Below are positions 10,901 to 22,065 of a stretch of DNA of 64,000 bases, in pieces. The position numbers were made by a program, and so were the translations under genes. This DNA comes from Takakia lepidozioides (taxonomy: Eukaryota; Plantae; Bryophyta): the NCBI GenBank assembly GCA_030704615.1, contig CM060733.1, forward strand, positions 69,626,001 to 69,690,000, in the 5' to 3' direction. How positions within the stretch are numbered: position 1 is the stretch's first letter; each line of letters begins with the position of its first letter. The notes beneath the pieces are model-generated. The model did not search any database, had not been told where the DNA came from, and saw nothing but the letters and a program-made list of their open reading frames with translations.

Positions 10901-12975
10901 AAACTGTGACGTAGCAAGAATTCAACTGAGCAGCCAACAAATTCTCTCACATAAGGTATTGAGCAAGAGGCAGCAAGAGGGCGACCCTATGGTACTTGTC
11001 CACCCAGTAATTGAGACCAGCTTTGATGGAACTGTCCTCTTGCCCCTTTAGCTTTTGTCTGTTCAGCAACTGCATTCCACAAGTCACAAGTTCCCATTTA
11101 CTAAATCACATACTTCTCTCACTCTGTTGTGGATGCACTTGTCCTTTCTCTAATTTGCTAACTCCTGACCCTCTCTGGATATTTTCTCGATCTCTCTTTC
11201 CTCTTTCAGAGATGGGCTTTCCTTTCCTCGGTCAGTCTGCTGCATGTGGCTATTAGTCCACAATTGGCTGATGACAACTCCCATGGTGGACATCTCCTTT
11301 CCTCTAATATTCATATTATGCAGCATTACGACATAATGAAAAGAACTCGTCCTTTTTGGCAGGACAAAGTGGTCCTCTTTCTTTTAAACCTCTTTGGTGA
11401 TCAATCTCTGGACTAAAAGTTGCCGAGGTTAGGAGAGCAAGTGCCAACAAGGCTTTCAGCCAGTACCCCTTTTGCCAGCTGAGACACAACAAATGCTGTC
11501 GTGAAAAGGAGATTTGAAAATTTGTGAAAAATGCATCCTTGGTGAAAAATGACAATGGCAAAGAAGTGGTTTGCTCCAAAGGCATTGTTTATGCTAGTCT
11601 TTACGGTGTCCACCTTCCCACCGGAAGGCAGTAGCCCTATGGGGTCAAGTGACACCATAAGTTACGCTTGCTTCGGCAACGCGTCCAACTTTTTATGCTA
11701 GGTCTCAATAAGCCACATTTTGTCCAAGATCAGAAGCATATTGAAGGTGAAAGCAAAGTTCATTTGTTATCAAATTTCATTACCCGTGATGTCAATCCTG
11801 ACAAGTGCTTGCACACTCCTCCATATGACTGTTGAGGTAGTTGAAAGTTTGGTGGAACCTCACCTCCTGTTGTATGATCGCAACTGTCTTCCTCATATTG
11901 TTACTCCGAGTCCGCTCCTTCTCCAGTTGCACGTTAAGTAGCTTGTTCTGTCACACAAAGATTTACAAGTTCCTTACTACCGTCATCAGTTTATTATCGA
12001 AGTGCTTTCTGCCCGTTTAGAGGGCCTTGTGACTCACTGCCCCAGAACCCAGAGTCTGGGGCAGGGAGGGGAAAAACCGGAGATAGAGTACCTTCTTGAA
12101 CAACTCAAGGAACTTGGCCTCTCGCAGGTCACCTTTTCCACTCCCAATGATCGCTAACACCTCTCTGCCAGTTGTGCATTGCCAATGGCCCCAATCAACA
12201 GAGGACCATTAGGGACAAGAGGTCAGTGTATCGATGTTCACAAATAATGACCCCACAATAGATATGCTTCCTCCACATAAATCACATAATTCTCTCCGAA
12301 GTGACACTGACAAAGCACACTCACAGCTGATCTTCTCATAGATTTCTTGATTGATTTTAATAGAAGGCGACTTATGACGCAACAAAAATCAAGGGACAAC
12401 CTCTTGGAAGCCTTGCCACTGCTTTCTTCAAATATGCGATATGTCAAAAGCTGAAGACTCTATGTAATGCTGGGATTCATGCCATTTTGATAGGTTCCAA
12501 ACCAGCCATACTATTTCTTAAATCTCCACAGTTGAAAGAAGCATGAAATTAGCAGCATTTTACTTTTGGTATATGTGAGAGACGTTCAGAGTACCTTAGT
12601 CTTTTAATCTCTTCAGTCTGTGCATTTAGCTTCACGTCAAGTGGGTTGAATTCTTGTATCTGCGACCCCCCAGTTAAGGCTGGTAAGTCTCGCTTTCTAC
12701 GTCTTATTACAATCAAGGATAATTTGTACACTTCCTACTTCAGCATGTAGAGCCATTGGAGTAACCAAACATGATGAACGGAAATGAGAAAATGGGTGAA
12801 ATTATTAGGCGATAGTCTGTGAAAGACATATCCTCAGCTAAATATGATAGGAGAAGGAGAGAGATGCACACTTTAGCAGAGGCTTCCCGTGTCTCAGCCT
12901 CCTCTCCTGCATTCTCTTGAGCTTCTTGGTTGACCGGGTCCTCAATCTGTACTTCCTTTGTTGGTTCCCATTTTT
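7930..12975 (-). pseudogene. Multi-exon CCDC13-like coiled-coil (centriolar satellite/ciliary) gene, probably disrupted
   Basis: Splice-bounded exon peptides in order: GDLREAKFLELFKK (~12092-12164), NKLLNVQLEKERTR (~11863-11947), LHHIIQREVGDRIPLQK (~10499-10612), DRVAELKAQLQ (~9464-9641), QRLDGVIALRNILEKE (~8966-9045), SKSQNDDLLIQAL (~8563-8660). These resemble CCDC13 as I recall it. In-frame TAA at 9937-9939. Confidence 0.6.
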
Positions 12976-13188
12976 TCCCAATTCAGCAATTGCCCAAGCC
13001 TAGCAGGTGTGAGCTAGCTTGAAATAGCTGTGCCAAGTTTGTATCTTTAGGTTCTCAGAGCGATGACATAGCAGTTACATTATGCAAGGATCGATGGCCA
13101 CCAGACCAAGATAATTTGCTCGCCTCAAAAGAAAAGGAAGACGACATGAAGATATAAATCTGAGAGATTCTATTGAGAGAGATTGTAC

Positions 13189-15933
13189 TCATAAGACGTT
13201 GTTTGCCGTAGCCTTGTGGCCATTGACCCCGCGCCCAGTTTGAGCGGGAACAAAAGGGACAGAACCTACCTCTGTCAGGGGCTGACGTTGGTAGTAAGAC
13301 TTACCTCCATATAAAGAATTAATCCGGGTTTTCCAGATATCCTCTAGAAATCCCTTCACACAAGCATCAATCTGCTGTGTGTGATTTGCCCAAAAACTAG
13401 GCCTCAGGAGGGCCTGGGCTTTTGGCTCAGCCTCGAGACTTTCAAAGTTGGTAAACAGGGGTACAGGCACAATTCCCTTAATAGATTTGAAGAGAGCGTC
13501 TCTTTGGTGAGAGAACCCCGGACAGTGTATCAGAAAATGAATACTGTCTTCAGATTGCCCACACAACGGGCAATTGCACTCTCCCTTTCCTCTCTGCTTC
13601 TGTTTGCTGTTCAAAGGTAGGCTTCCTGCCCTGAGTTTAAATTTCAGTCTAGTGCCGAGAGTGGGTAGACCCTTGAGGTCATCCAAGATGTCCTCCCCCA
13701 TGTCACAGACTGGAAACAAGTTCAGGGAAGTTTTCTGCCTAACTTCATTTTCATCAGACAATCTCATGGCAACAGACATGGCTGAGGACACTACAGCCTC
13801 TAAGTCAGATTTATCCAGCAGGGTCAAGACTTGCGGATCCAGGTCCAGGTCCTTGAGGATCTCTTCTACTCTCTTCTGCCAGGACTTAGCCTGTTTGACA
13901 GGGCGGTCCTGTTTCCAAGATATAGAGTCGATTAACTTAGGATATCTGGTGTTGGGCATATGTTGCAGCTGACCCCACCATCTGACCTTGAATTCATCTC
14001 GTCGGGAGCTTAAGGACGGAATGCCAAACTCACCCCGAACAGCCACATTGGCTGTTTTGGAGCATGCTGACATACACTCCTTAAGCACCCCCACTTGAAT
14101 GGATTCTAGAGACTTAGCCTGGTTGGAGTTATCAACCCATATAGCAGATCCGTACTCCAAGGCAGGTCTAATAACGCGACAAAGCATGGTTTTCTTAACC
14201 TCAGAGTTGACCCCTCTGCAGTGGAAAAATTTAGTGAGCCCCAGAGCTTTGCCCTTGCCAGTTTGAACAACTTTCCGGATATGTGCATCCCAATTACAAT
14301 TGGAGGAGAACTCAACGCCCAGGTAAGTGTAGGAAGGGAGGACCGGGATCTCTTGGCTACCCCACTGCCACTTAAGATCACTTCCTCCCTCTCCTCTGTC
14401 GTTGAATGCTACCACTGCACATTTGCTGACATTAGCCTCTAGCCCCCAAAGATCAAAGTATCTCTTCGCGCAATCAATCAACTCCTGGAGATTGGTTGGA
14501 GTCTCCCCTATGCCTGCGAAGTCATCCGCAAACATAAGGGCTGGTATGGTGGTATCACCCACCCTTAACCCAAATCCCTCACTTTCCACATCCTCGAGGA
14601 GTTGATTGATGAAAACATTGAAGAGCAGAGGGGAGAGAGTACATCCTTGAGCTACACCTTGGTCTATGTCAAAGAAGTTGGACTTCTGTCCGTTAACAGT
14701 GACACAGCTTTTGGTGTGAGCATACAAGTTGTGGACAACTCTCCACATCTTTCCCTTGATCCCACAAGACCAGAGGCGGAACCATAGGCCATCTCTCCAC
14801 ACTGTGTCATAAGCCTTTTTGACATCCAGGAAAAAGACATAAGTGGGTTTCCCTTCTTTTTTCCTTCCCTGGATAATCTGGCTTAGAGTGAAGATATGAT
14901 CCACACAGCCCCTGTTTCGCCGAAAGCCAGCTTGGCCTTCGTGGAAACAACCTCTAGACTCCAGATCAACCTCGAGACGAGTACTTATAACTCTGCAGAA
15001 TGTCTTGCCAACAGCATTGAGGAGCGTGATGCCACGGTAGTTCCCCGGTTCTTCTCTGTCACCCTTCTTGTATAGATTGACAATGACCCCCTGTCGCCAG
15101 CGAAAGGGGATCATTTCAGTCTTCCAGATAAGGTTAAAGAGGAGAACTAGGGCCTCTATCATGGGATCGCCACCGTGCTTGATAAGCTCGTTGACAATAC
15201 CATCAGGTCCACCAGCTTTATATCCATTTAAATGTTCAATTGCTTCCACAATCTCAGAAGAACTAATGGGAGCATTATAAGCCATTGAAATATACTCCAG
15301 TTCATCAGGGCTGTTTTGAATCATAGGAACAGTTTTTCCAACTGTGTCCCTCCATTCAGCAGAAGACCCCTCACTGTTAGACCTAGAAGTTCTGCCAAGG
15401 ATACTGTAGTGAGTTTCAAAGGTTTTGACAATGTCAACCGATGAAGTCACCACTGCACCTTTAGTAGTCTTCAGCGCTTGTACTTGCTGACCGTTTTTCG
15501 GTTTGTACAAACGTTGAAGGGCCAACCAGAATTTCTTGTCATTACCACCATGGTGGTTTGAGTTTATTTCACTGTATAACTTGTCCCAGTATAATTTCTT
15601 CTGAGACCTAACAAGCTGATTGATATCTTTACGGAGCTGGTAGTACCTCGCCCACAATTCTCTGTTGGTTTCCAAATTGCAGCACTCTTTATAGAGGGCT
15701 CGTCTCTCAGCTATCTTGAGTTTAATCTCATTAGTCCACCAATTAACTGCTCTACCGCAGACAATTAGTTTCCTCCCAATGATCTTGTCAGCCACGGAGG
15801 AAACGAAACTCTCCCAAGAGTCCACTGCTCTTTCGACTTCATTTCTTGCGTTAACAGAGCGTGACTGAAGTTCTTGGAGCGATTGGACAAAATGAGGGCA
15901 AGGCCTGGCCGTACTCAGCCTTGACCTCCTCAT
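13189..15933 (-). CDS. LINE reverse transcriptase with C-terminal CCHC zinc finger
   Basis: GPDGI, NYRGITLL, QAGFR, FLDVKKAYDTV, GVAQGCTLSPLLF, MFADD, YTYLG, CPLC..HFLIHC; 914-aa open frame. Confidence 0.95.
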   Translation of the reverse strand: MRRSRLSTARPCPHFVQSLQELQSRSVNARNEVERAVDSWESFVSSVADKIIGRKLIVCGRAVNWWTNEIKLKIAERRALYKECCNLETNRELWARYYQLRKDINQLVRSQKKLYWDKLYSEINSNHHGGNDKKFWLALQRLYKPKNGQQVQALKTTKGAVVTSSVDIVKTFETHYSILGRTSRSNSEGSSAEWRDTVGKTVPMIQNSPDELEYISMAYNAPISSSEIVEAIEHLNGYKAGGPDGIVNELIKHGGDPMIEALVLLFNLIWKTEMIPFRWRQGVIVNLYKKGDREEPGNYRGITLLNAVGKTFCRVISTRLEVDLESRGCFHEGQAGFRRNRGCVDHIFTLSQIIQGRKKEGKPTYVFFLDVKKAYDTVWRDGLWFRLWSCGIKGKMWRVVHNLYAHTKSCVTVNGQKSNFFDIDQGVAQGCTLSPLLFNVFINQLLEDVESEGFGLRVGDTTIPALMFADDFAGIGETPTNLQELIDCAKRYFDLWGLEANVSKCAVVAFNDRGEGGSDLKWQWGSQEIPVLPSYTYLGVEFSSNCNWDAHIRKVVQTGKGKALGLTKFFHCRGVNSEVKKTMLCRVIRPALEYGSAIWVDNSNQAKSLESIQVGVLKECMSACSKTANVAVRGEFGIPSLSSRRDEFKVRWWGQLQHMPNTRYPKLIDSISWKQDRPVKQAKSWQKRVEEILKDLDLDPQVLTLLDKSDLEAVVSSAMSVAMRLSDENEVRQKTSLNLFPVCDMGEDILDDLKGLPTLGTRLKFKLRAGSLPLNSKQKQRGKGECNCPLCGQSEDSIHFLIHCPGFSHQRDALFKSIKGIVPVPLFTNFESLEAEPKAQALLRPSFWANHTQQIDACVKGFLEDIWKTRINSLYGGKSYYQRQPLTEVGSVPFVPAQTGRGVNGHKATANNVL

Positions 15934-17707
15934 TGTGGAATTTTTCTATGCGCCACTTCCGAATCGAACGTTTCACAGATCTCTTGGTGGCGGGAAAACA
16001 CCTTTTGATCTCAGTCCAAACCAGGAAGTGGTCAGAGGTACCAATATCAATTCTGTCGATCAACACATTGGCACACTGGGGGAACAAAATTTTGTCCATT
16101 ATGATATAGTCCACAATGGAACGTTCCCCAGTTTGGGGTTTCTCACGAGTCCACTGCACTTGGTCACCTCTTGTCCTGTTATTCAAGGTCAAAAGCTGAA
16201 GCTCTTCTAGACAGTTAATTAACCGTCTGCCATTAGAATTCAGCTCGTCCTCACCAAAAGGTCCAATGATATCGTCCTGATGGATCCCTTTGCCCACCCG
16301 GGCATTGAAGTCCCCCAATAGTACCACCTGACCTTTGGCAAGGAACGAAGCACAGTCCAGCTTTACATCTTCGAAGGCCTTGTCTGCGTCAGCACTAAGG
16401 GTCCCCTCTGTGGGCATGTAAACACAACCAACAAAGAGGTCCTTTGTACTCATGCCGCCCTTCAAATTCAGTTTTAGCCAGATACTATGCTCGTACCTCA
16501 AACCCTTGTTGATAATTTCACAATTGTCAAACAAGAAATCACGGACAAAGAATCCAACCCCTTTTTGACCGCGTTTGGCAGAGGCTGCCTTGAGAGTACA
16601 CATCTTACCTGCCCATTTATAACCAATGACATCTCCAACCAGTTTATCCGACGTTTCCCATGTTTCTTGCCCAGCACAGATATGAATATCATTAGTCCGA
16701 AGAACTTGTCCCACTTCAAGTTGTTTCCTTTGGTTGGTCAACCCTGAGAAGTTGAAAGTGGCCAGCCGCCAGCCAGCCCTTTGCGTGTGAATTGTTTGTC
16801 GTCTAGGTAGCTTGTGATTGCTCCTGGACGGCCAACCGTTCTGCAAAGGGGGGACAGTTACCCCATGTGTAGATTTTGCTCGTCTTGTGTAAACTTTGAG
16901 AATTGGTAAACCATTCAGGGTACCAAATCTTTCAGTTACACGACGCACAGGCTCCGCACACATAGGGGCAGATTGTCCGTCAGACTGCTTGGGGACAATT
17001 ACCCCGTGTATAGATTTTGCTCGTCTTGTGTAGACTTTGAGGATTGGTAAACCATTTAGAGTACCAAATCCTTCAGGCTCTGCACACTTAGAGACAGATT
17101 GTCCATCTGACGGCTTGGGGACAATTACCCCGTGTATAGAATTTGTTCGTCTTGTGTAAACCTTGAGGATTGGTAAACCATTCAGAGTACCAAATCCTTC
17201 AGATTCAGGACATTCAGGTTCCGTACACTTAGGGGCATCTTGTCCTTCTGGCTGTTTGGATTCAACCTCATCCAGAGCGTCAAACCGATTAGAAACTCTC
17301 AAGTTGAAGTTGTTGCCCTTGGTTGTCTTCCTAGAGCGCCCCATTGAATCACCAATGTCTAAGACCGCTCTCCAGCCAGTCAAGGGACGAACTTCTTTGA
17401 GATTGAATTGATGCGGGACTCTATTAGAAGCACTTTTGGTCATTGCAACCTTCAACGTACCCCTGTTATCAAGTCTCGAGATGGTACCATTAGCCATGAA
17501 ATCCAAGCCTACGCTAGAGCATGTAGTTTTAAAGGACACATCGTCCATCCTGGGATTCACCCCAAAAACTACACATGAAGCCCTAGATTTGGCATAAGTA
17601 ACCAATTCCCAGGGATCACCCTGAGGAGTGTTGATGTTGATAGGAGCTAAATTTTTGATTGTTTTAGCAGGCCATAAGTTTAAGCACAGGAACCAACCCC
17701 AGCCCAA
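15851..17707 (-). CDS. LINE N-terminal region plus APE endonuclease (frameshifted from RT near 15897)
   Basis: LATFNFSGL, AGQETW, VYMP, LGDFNARVG, IVDYII, SDHFLVW. Confidence 0.9.
   Translation of the reverse strand: MGWGWFLCLNLWPAKTIKNLAPININTPQGDPWELVTYAKSRASCVVFGVNPRMDDVSFKTTCSSVGLDFMANGTISRLDNRGTLKVAMTKSASNRVPHQFNLKEVRPLTGWRAVLDIGDSMGRSRKTTKGNNFNLRVSNRFDALDEVESKQPEGQDAPKCTEPECPESEGFGTLNGLPILKVYTRRTNSIHGVIVPKPSDGQSVSKCAEPEGFGTLNGLPILKVYTRRAKSIHGVIVPKQSDGQSAPMCAEPVRRVTERFGTLNGLPILKVYTRRAKSTHGVTVPPLQNGWPSRSNHKLPRRQTIHTQRAGWRLATFNFSGLTNQRKQLEVGQVLRTNDIHICAGQETWETSDKLVGDVIGYKWAGKMCTLKAASAKRGQKGVGFFVRDFLFDNCEIINKGLRYEHSIWLKLNLKGGMSTKDLFVGCVYMPTEGTLSADADKAFEDVKLDCASFLAKGQVVLLGDFNARVGKGIHQDDIIGPFGEDELNSNGRRLINCLEELQLLTLNNRTRGDQVQWTREKPQTGERSIVDYIIMDKILFPQCANVLIDRIDIGTSDHFLVWTEIKRCFPATKRSVKRSIRKWRIEKFHNEEVKAEYGQALPSFCPIAPRTSVTLC
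16850..17200 (-). repeat. Three in-frame tandem repeats (126-141 bp spacing) in the LINE N-terminal region
   Basis: FGTLNGLPILKVYTRRxxSxHGVxVP occurs three times. Confidence 0.9.
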
Positions 17708-18098
17708 GTGCCGAGTATGCTAGACAGAGCATACGACTGCCCAATTTGGGCGGAGGGGCTGCCCCCAAGCGGTAGGAGTCCGCTTGTTACCATTCAGAGA
17801 TCACACTCCAGGGAGTTGCAGGGAATGGCCCGTGTAGGCATATTCTAAAGAGGGAAAGGCCCCAAGCTTTCCAACTAAATCCAATGCACTACCTTACCTG
17901 AAGCAAAGCGCTTCAGGTCGAAACAAACAAGGACACGAGGTCACAAGGCCGGCATTTAGTCACAGAGACATTAATGTACTCCCGTTTCAAGTCCACCCAA
18001 TGTCAATAGGCTTCCTAGAGGACAGGGAGAGAAAGAAATTTGTAGCGGAAAACAAACCAGGACATGGAATCGTAAGAGAACGAAGACGGCCCCTCTAT

Positions 18099-18101
<3 letters not shown>

Positions 18102-18140
<39 letters not shown>

Positions 18141-18259
18141 TGTGAGTGTGGGAGGAGATCATCTGCAGTCTGGCCACGCAACTTCCACCTGAGAGAGAGA
18201 GAGAGAGTGTGTGAGTGTGGGAGGAGATCATCTGCAGTCTGGCCACGCAACTTCCACCT
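18102..18259 (+). repeat. (GA)n microsatellite plus ~60-70 bp tandem duplication
   Basis: GA run at 18102-18138; gagagtgtgtgagtgtgggaggagatcatctgcagtctggccacgcaacttccacct occurs twice. Confidence 0.9.
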
Positions 18260-18535
18260 CACACATGATGTTATTAATTATGACACTCAAGACAGCATGC
18301 GGAACACATCGGGCCACCATCCAACTAACTATGGCCGGGATGGAATGCGGATTATGGATGAAATCAACTGTGCATAAACGGCAAATAAACATCTGGTAGT
18401 TCTCTAACAAACTTCCATCAAGCAACAAATGGTCAAGATCACTGGTAAAGGCAACAGTTGAAGCATGTGGAACTTTCATTGAGAGGCTGCACAGGATTGG
18501 TGGAGCAGAGATGCATATTGTAAAATACTACAGCA

Positions 18536-21500
18536 CTTGGAACACGAGTTAACGGGAATCACTGTCACACAGGGAAGCGAGAGCTTTTACTGATCTGCCA
18601 GAGCAATCTACATGCAAGCTTGTGTGCACAACTGCATGTGTTACACAAGCATTAGTGGGACTACATATACTATCAGATGCCAGAGACAAAGGCTAGATTG
18701 AACTTAAGCTAGAAACTCAATCAAGAGAGTGGCAATCCTATTTGTCCATGCATTGAGTGGTCAAGAGAAGCGGTGAAGGCCGTTTCAATGGCCGCAGTCT
18801 ATCTAGCCCGTAGGTCTAGTCTAAGTAGGCACTGATCCCACTCATTAATCCAACGCTCCCACTCATCGAGACTCCTGGGGAGCGAGATGTAGAGACTAAT
18901 ATGCTCCCACTGATCATCAAATCTGTTCGTTCCCTAGATCAACTGTCGAAACATGACGAATCAAACCGAGCATGTGTCGAAGATTTTGAAAACGGTATGC
19001 AGGGAGGGCCTTAGTAAAAATATCAGCAACCTGGTCAGTTGTGTTGACGTAGAGTATGTCAATAGCTCCTTTTCCTTTGTTGCTCACGGAGTACATGGAA
19101 CTGCACATCTACGTGCTTAGTACGATGATGATTCTCTGGATTGTGTACCAGTCTGATACTGATTGTCACTATACAACCTTGTGCTAGTTTCTTGCGAGAA
19201 TCCCAGATCGTGAAGCAAACGTCGGATCCATATGATCTCTTTGGTTGTGACACTTGCAGCAATATATTCTGCCTCTGTGGTGGAGCTGGCCGTGCATGTC
19301 TGCTTCCGACTCCCCCAAACAAGGGGTCCTTGATTCAACATGAGAACACAACCTGATCTTGATTTCCTGTCAGTGATATCCCCAGCATAGTCTACGTCGG
19401 AGTATGCTTCCAAGGTGTTGTTGTTGGCTCCTCCATTGTAGCATAAGCATAGACTGTAGTGAATGGTGCCACACAAATAACGAAAGATTCTCTTAACGGC
19501 AGTATAATGCATGTGTTGTGGCTTGCCTGTAAATTTGGCTACCATGCTCACAGCATAGGAAAGATCTGGCCGTGTGCCCATCTGCAAGAACATCAAGCTT
19601 CCAACAGCTTCGGAATATGGGAAATCAGTCTCAACTTGCTCCTCATCGCTCCCACGGCCGTCAAGGTGGACATTTGGATCCGCAGGGGTCGATATTGGTG
19701 TTGCGTTCTCAAAGCCATATCGCTTCGGGATGCTTCTGACGTACCTAGCTTGGTCAATCCAAAGGATCCGTAGATGCCTATCTCGGATTATGTGTAGACC
19801 TACATATACATCCGCATCGCTCACAGTGACCTCAAATTCGTTCCTCATGAACTCAATCATGTCCCTCACCCGAACAGTGTTAAGGCTACATACAAGGCCG
19901 TCATCCATCGACGCAGCAATTCCAGCAAAGGAGTTGAGGTTGCTCATATAGTAATCGTTGAACTTTGCTGGAGTTCGACGTGTCCTCCTCAAAGAGCTCC
20001 GATCGAGTAATTCACTGTGCTCCTCGACGCTACTGGATTCTCTTCTGCTACAGGCGTCACAAAATTATTGTGCCCATCAGTGGGCTCCACCTTTTCCAAC
20101 TCGTAATGGAAAATTGGTGCATCGCTTCCCTGATTTTGTTTTGAGCCCAACTCGTCAAAGAGAACGTCCCTACTCACAATGATTATTTTCTTCTGTGGGC
20201 TCCACACTCTATACCCTTTAGTATTTTCACTGTACCCTACAAAAATACCTTCGATGCTCTTTGGGTCGAGCTTCTGTCGTAGCTGTTTAGGTACATGTGG
20301 GTAGGCCGGACAACCAAAGATGCGCAGGTGGTTGACACATGGTCTCTCCTGTCCACAATTCGTGCGGAGTCTTTCCTCCATGGACTCTCGTCCCTGAGCG
20401 ATTGAGCTGTCTGTGTGGCCTCTCCCCAAAACTCAAGCCCTAGGCTACGTGCATGAAGCATACTGCGAACACATTCTACAGTGGTCCGATTATCTCTCTC
20501 ACAAGCCCCATTTTGCTCCGGTGTATAAGGGGCATTGACTTCGTGCCGAATCCCTCTTTCTTCTAGGTGCTTCTTAAAGTCTTCACCCATGTACTCTCCA
20601 CCTCTATCGCTACGGAGTTTCTTGATAGAGTTACCTGTCTCTCTCTCTTAGAGTCTCCGCTTGGAGTCTCCTAAAGCACTCGAAGACATCAGATTTCTTC
20701 TTAACACAATAAACCACCCAATATCCACTAAAGTCATCTTTGAATAAGACAAAATAGTGAGATCCACCAAGAGAAGCAACGCTCATAGTACATCGGAATG
20801 AAAAAACTCACCGGGCTTATCAGCTCGTTTTCTGATTGAGTTGACTGGAAAAGGCTTTCGAGATTTTTTGCCTAAGGCGCACCCCTCACAAAAATCTCCT
20901 TCTTTAGTGGTAGTCATATTGAGTCCTGTCATAGTGCACTCTCTTGCCATCTGAATCAGCATGGTGTTGTTGACGTGGCCGAATCTCTCATGCCACAGCT
21001 TGAGTGTTCCACTGGCGGTAACAACACTCTCATCAACTGCATAAGCGTACGTAGGTGGATTGATCACCTGGTACAACTTTCCTCTTCGAATTCCTGTCAT
21101 GACCACTCGACCATGACCTTCTTCGCTGATGAGCAAACACCTCTCTCGCTTATAAGTAGTGGCAAAGCCTCTATCCACAGCCTGACCCACTGAAAAAAGG
21201 TTTTCCTTCAATTGAGGAACAAACAATACATCCCGTAGTGTTGCCTCCTCCCATTTGTTTCCAACAAGCCACTGTACTTTGATATCACCAACTCCTTCAA
21301 CCCACAGCTTACGGTTCTCTGCAACAAATACAGGCCATGTTCCTGACGCAACAGGCTTCATGAGCACTCTCAAACCAACTCCTCTTGTTTGTCATGTGCT
21401 TGCTAGCCTCCATCTGCATACCACACGTCTTCCAGCTTGGAATTGGCTGCAGGGTCATCTGTGACCGTCACAAACACGGCACTTTCACCTAGTGAGACAT

Positions 21501-22065
21501 TTGCCTCACTTTGTTTCCAATCAAATTTTCTCTTGGGGCATTCCCTCTCCCAGCGTCCTTTCTCCCCACACAAGTTACACTGAGTCTTCTTTTTGAGCTC
21601 TCCGATCTTCTCGGCTCTCTTCTTCCTCTCTTCAAAAGTGAGCCTCCTAGTACTCCCAGATCCGCCTCCATTATTACTAATAAAGAAGGCCTTGTCATTC
21701 CCATCTTCAATCTGATTGTGTGACTTGTTCAAAGTCTCCTCTTTTAGAAGCCTGATCGTCAGGTTCTCAATCGTCTGTAGTGAGGCAGGGACACTATCCC
21801 AAGCTGAGATCAAGTGTCTGAAAGTCGGTGGCAAACTACAGATGATCTTGGTGATGACAGTCCTCTATGATGTATTCTCTCCAAGGTCAGTAAGCTGTCT
21901 TGCCATTGCTTCAACTGCACTCACGTGACTGGCAATATCTGGCTTCATGCGGTACTAAAAAAATCGTTGCTGGAGAATATGCAGATTCTCCTCAGCGCTC
22001 TGCTCATGAATGGTGACTAATCTCTTCCACATCTGGCTCGAGGTTTCACAATTAATGAGCTACTG
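18536..22065 (-). mobile_element. Ty1/copia retrotransposon, decayed, with internal RT deletion and 5' truncation
   Basis: Gag knuckle CNLCGEKGRWERECP, protease WYADGG, LWHERFGH..CEGC, PYTPEQNG, PYSEAVGSLM, RPDLSYAV, RNase H RTKHVDVQFH. PPT GATGAGTGGGAG near 18856-18867. Left LTR boundary approximate. Confidence 0.9.

Larger units (their letters stand above)
13160..18260 (-). mobile_element. Non-LTR retrotransposon (LINE, RTE-X/CR1-L2-like rather than L1), near full length
   Basis: APE endonuclease, RT and C-terminal CCHC. The 3' tail has a short AATCTCTCA repeat instead of poly(A). The 5' limit is uncertain (CT microsatellite region). Confidence 0.85.
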
